Source: Haloferax volcanii DS2 (GTDB lineage: Archaea; Halobacteriota; Halobacteria; Halobacteriales; Haloferacaceae). From it: 32,000 nucleotides of DNA. Below the pieces are notes generated by a model, which was given only the letters and a program-made list of their open reading frames with translations, was not told the origin of the DNA and made no database searches. The stretch covers positions 1,470,001-1,502,000 of the forward strand of contig NC_013967.1 in assembly GCF_000025685.1 (NCBI RefSeq), read 5' to 3'. Both the position numbers and the translations under genes were made by a program. This document shows positions 31,509-32,000 of the stretch, piece by piece (positions within the stretch are counted from its first letter, which is position 1; every line of letters starts with the position of its first letter).

Positions 31509-32000
31509 TTACTCTTCGTCGGCGTCGAGTTCCGCGGCGAGTTCGTCGGCGTCGATGTCGACGTCCTCGATTGCCTCTTCGATGTCGGCGCCGCCCGCGC
31601 CGCCCATCATGCCGCCCATGCCGCCCAGGCCGCCCTCGATGGTCTCCTGGACGATGACGCGGTCGATGTCCAGCCGCTGCATGATGTCCTGCGCAATCTG
31701 CTGCTTGGAGAACATCCACTGCTGGTTCATCGTCATCTGCGGCGTCGCCTCGATGTAGAGCGTGTCCTTCTCGACGGTGACGGTCTCCGTCTCGGGTTCG
31801 GCGTCTTCATCGTCGTCGTCGGACTCGACGACCTGCTCCTCTTCGACCTCGTCCGTCTGAATCCAGACTTCGGGGGCCTGCTGGAGGTACATGCCGAGGA
31901 GGCCGGAGGCCTGCTCCTCGCGGTCGTCGACGAGTTCGAGCACTTCGTACTCGTATTCGAGGTCCTCGCCGGCGAGGGGGTGGTTGAAGTTGACGCGGGC
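31509..32000 (-). CDS. FKBP-type peptidyl-prolyl isomerase (SlyD-like long form), C-terminal 163 codons; N-terminus beyond window end
   Basis: The frame is open to base 32000: ARVNFNHPLAGEDLEYEYEVLELVDDREEQ... A long acidic tail follows, containing GGLGGMGGMMGGAGGA. Confidence 0.75.
   Translation of the reverse strand, partial: ARVNFNHPLAGEDLEYEYEVLELVDDREEQASGLLGMYLQQAPEVWIQTDEVEEEQVVESDDDDEDAEPETETVTVEKDTLYIEATPQMTMNQQWMFSKQQIAQDIMQRLDIDRVIVQETIEGGLGGMGGMMGGAGGADIEEAIEDVDIDADELAAELDADEE

Overview
The window looks like a haloarchaeal (class Halobacteria) chromosome segment. Coding DNA is about two-thirds GC by hand count. Predicted proteins are strongly acidic, and several carry twin-arginine signals with a lipobox Cys. 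TATA-like boxes often sit 25-30 nt upstream of start codons, consistent with leaderless mRNAs. I support 37 CDS on both strands. Two are cut by the window edges: a Rad25/XPB-like helicase at the left and an FKBP-type PPIase at the right.

Most genes are conserved housekeeping or envelope functions:
- a NitT/TauT-type ABC importer operon with ATGA-overlapped genes
- a class I/II aminotransferase and an NhaC antiporter
- an Obg/YchF-type GTPase and a DUF4349 lipoprotein
- a two-subdomain bactofilin-like protein and a GT2 glycosyltransferase
- a YprB-like exonuclease divergent from an SRAP (MCGR...) peptidase
- RidA, an MBL hydrolase, Dph2 and an alpha/beta hydrolase

I saw no rRNA, tRNA or CRISPR array. 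Many long track ORFs are antisense shadows caused by high GC.

The clearest anomaly is a 1.37-kb ORF-poor gap (15128-15495 onward to 16495). It contains a ~41% GC island bracketed by mirror-image TATA-like boxes, plus direct and inverted repeats. It lies immediately upstream of an overlapping RHH/wHTH-tyrosine recombinase gene pair.

Other uncharacterised modules:
- a co-directional MBL / 654-aa acidic coiled-coil / HisG-fold paralogue trio
- a YlbF-like(CC tail)-MinD/ParA-pseudo-KaiC cluster
- a TIGR00725 (SLOG/LOG-like) gene convergent with an HFX_2341/CARF-like regulator
- a paralogous Tat-secreted two-Cys domain family

All functional calls rest on motif recognition by eye. No database search was run.
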